A stretch of DNA of 59,726 bases, filler included, from an uncultured bacterium (GTDB lineage Bacteria > Latescibacterota > UBA2968), in NCBI GenBank assembly GCA_964471275.1. It is 4 parts of 4 records of this genome, joined end to end, with 100 filler letters (N's around TTAATTAATTAA, not from the genome) between each part and the next. Parts side by side here need not be neighbours in the genome. Positions count along the whole stretch, not along the records: positions 45,109 to 59,726 come from CAYYGZ010000111.1; 3 more parts are not named here. One strand, written 5' to 3'. The notes under the pieces were generated by a model. That model searched no databases. It had not been told where the DNA came from and worked only from the letters and a program-made list of their open reading frames with translations. This document shows positions 58,677-59,726 of the stretch, piece after piece; the stretch's first letter is position 1, and each line of letters opens with the position of its first letter. The position numbers and the translations under genes were made by a program.

Positions 58677-59465
58677 CTACCGCCGCAATGGGTCGACTGT
58701 GCCTCCCCATCGCTTGAGCAGGGCACGTTCGATTCCTTCTATGATCAAGTACAGTCCAGTTCCCATCGCACCGAGAGTGACCAAGGCAGCAAAGACGAGG
58801 TCCGTCGCGAGTTCTGAATTTGCGAGCCGAACCAGATGTCCGAGGCCGGCGCTTGCGCCCACGAACTCCCCCACAACGGCACCGATGACGCTGAGGGTAA
58901 CGCACATCTTGAGGGCAGCGAAGATGTAAGGAACCGCGTTCGGGAACCTGACCTTTAGGAAAACCTGCCGAGGCGTAGCGGAGAGAGAACGCATTAGGTC
59001 GAGGATCAAAGGATCAACCGTAATCAGGCCTCGGGTGGTGTTGACGGCAACGGGGAAGAACGAAATGAGACCTGCAATGATGACCTTGGGAACGATGCCG
59101 AATCCGAACCAGACGACAAAAACGGGAGCGAGAGCCTCCTTCGGGAATGTCTGCGACGAGATCACCAGGGGAGAGAGAGCCCGCTCAACGGTTCGAGAAC
59201 TCGCCATCGCCAGTGCGACGGTGATCCCGGTTGTTGCACCAAGGAGGAAGCCAAGGACCGCTTCCGTCAAGGTCACCTGTGCGTGCCGCAGCAGGAGGGG
59301 AAAGGAAGACCAGAGCTTTGCGAGGATGCGGGTTGGGCGGGGGAGAATGAAGTCGGCAATCTCGAAAGCCACGACAGCAACTTCCCATACGGAGAGAACC
59401 AGGAGGACAAAGCCGACGGTGGCAGCGTAATCTCTGAGGAATTTCCGAATGACGACGTGGATCAC
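58677..59465 (-). CDS. NitT/TauT family ABC transporter permease
   Basis: ILPRP, QTFPKEALAP, FFPVAVNT, GAVVGEF...GLG. Confidence 0.95.
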   Translation of the reverse strand: MIHVVIRKFLRDYAATVGFVLLVLSVWEVAVVAFEIADFILPRPTRILAKLWSSFPLLLRHAQVTLTEAVLGFLLGATTGITVALAMASSRTVERALSPLVISSQTFPKEALAPVFVVWFGFGIVPKVIIAGLISFFPVAVNTTRGLITVDPLILDLMRSLSATPRQVFLKVRFPNAVPYIFAALKMCVTLSVIGAVVGEFVGASAGLGHLVRLANSELATDLVFAALVTLGAMGTGLYLIIEGIERALLKRWGGTVDPLRR

Positions 59466-59725
59466 AGGTCGAAGAGTATGATCTGGGTGCTGAGAGATCC
59501 GGCCTGATTGTGGTATTCCGGTATTTCGTTCATTGCCATCCAGAGCGCTCCCTCGTAGGAGGAGTGGAAATCAAAATAGGCACCCACAGACAGAGCGGAT
59601 GAGTCACCGATCCGGGCGACCAGAGACGCGACATTCGATCCGGGCACCAGATAGTCTTCATTCGCAGGCCGACCTTCAATGCCATTTGCACCACACCAAG
59701 TGACAGTGGCCGGCCGGCTCTCGGG
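59462..59725 (-). CDS. C-terminal part of a protein with a PA-IL/LecA-like domain (5' beyond window)
   Basis: Frame open to window edge: ...GANG...PGSNVASLVARIG...VG...GALWMAMNE...NQAGSLSTQI. Confidence 0.5.
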   Translation of the reverse strand, partial: PESRPATVTWCGANGIEGRPANEDYLVPGSNVASLVARIGDSSALSVGAYFDFHSSYEGALWMAMNEIPEYHNQAGSLSTQIILFDL

Positions 59726-59726
59726 G

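Noticed and set aside
1..59726. CRISPR arrays, tRNA/rRNA genes, transposases, integrases, phage or defence genes
   Set aside because: No regularly spaced repeats, cloverleaf/rRNA signatures or recombinase/nuclease motifs seen by eye.

Overview
This window is not one continuous locus. It joins four assembly fragments (1-15303, 15404-30178, 30279-45008, 45109-59726) with artificial 100-nt linkers (N44-TTAATTAATTAA-N44), and has two further N10 gaps. The DNA is GC-rich and bacterial. DUF6785-like membrane protein, FlgD-Ig/T9SS-like and dockerin/EF-hand tails, and many Gfo/Idh/MocA, AKR and URO-D-like paralogs suggest an uncultured Latescibacterota/Poribacteria-like heterotroph (inference only). 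Fragment 1: sugar-acid/amine catabolic genes, including a flavoprotein that resembles eukaryotic OSGIN1/2. Fragment 2: an iron module (two divergent ferritins, feoAB, then porin, FMN-binding protein, PepSY-TM/BNR protein and apbE); the feoAB and porin promoters share an identically placed 18-bp operator-like motif. Fragment 3: a deoxy-/L-sugar locus (GH29, GH95, L-galactose/L-fucose dehydrogenase-like AKR, mutarotase, sulfatase, rhaA). Fragment 4: decaying signalling genes, a candidate structured ncRNA, TPR proteins, tonB with a palindrome-packed leader, and a NitT/TauT ABC transporter split across convergent operons around iolC. Several pseudogene remnants missed by the ORF track lie in the intergenic spaces (gnd, PhyH, GT2, cNMP-binding, DUF342-like). 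I found no rRNA, tRNA, CRISPR array or intact mobile element. All family assignments come from motif recognition by eye, not database searches.
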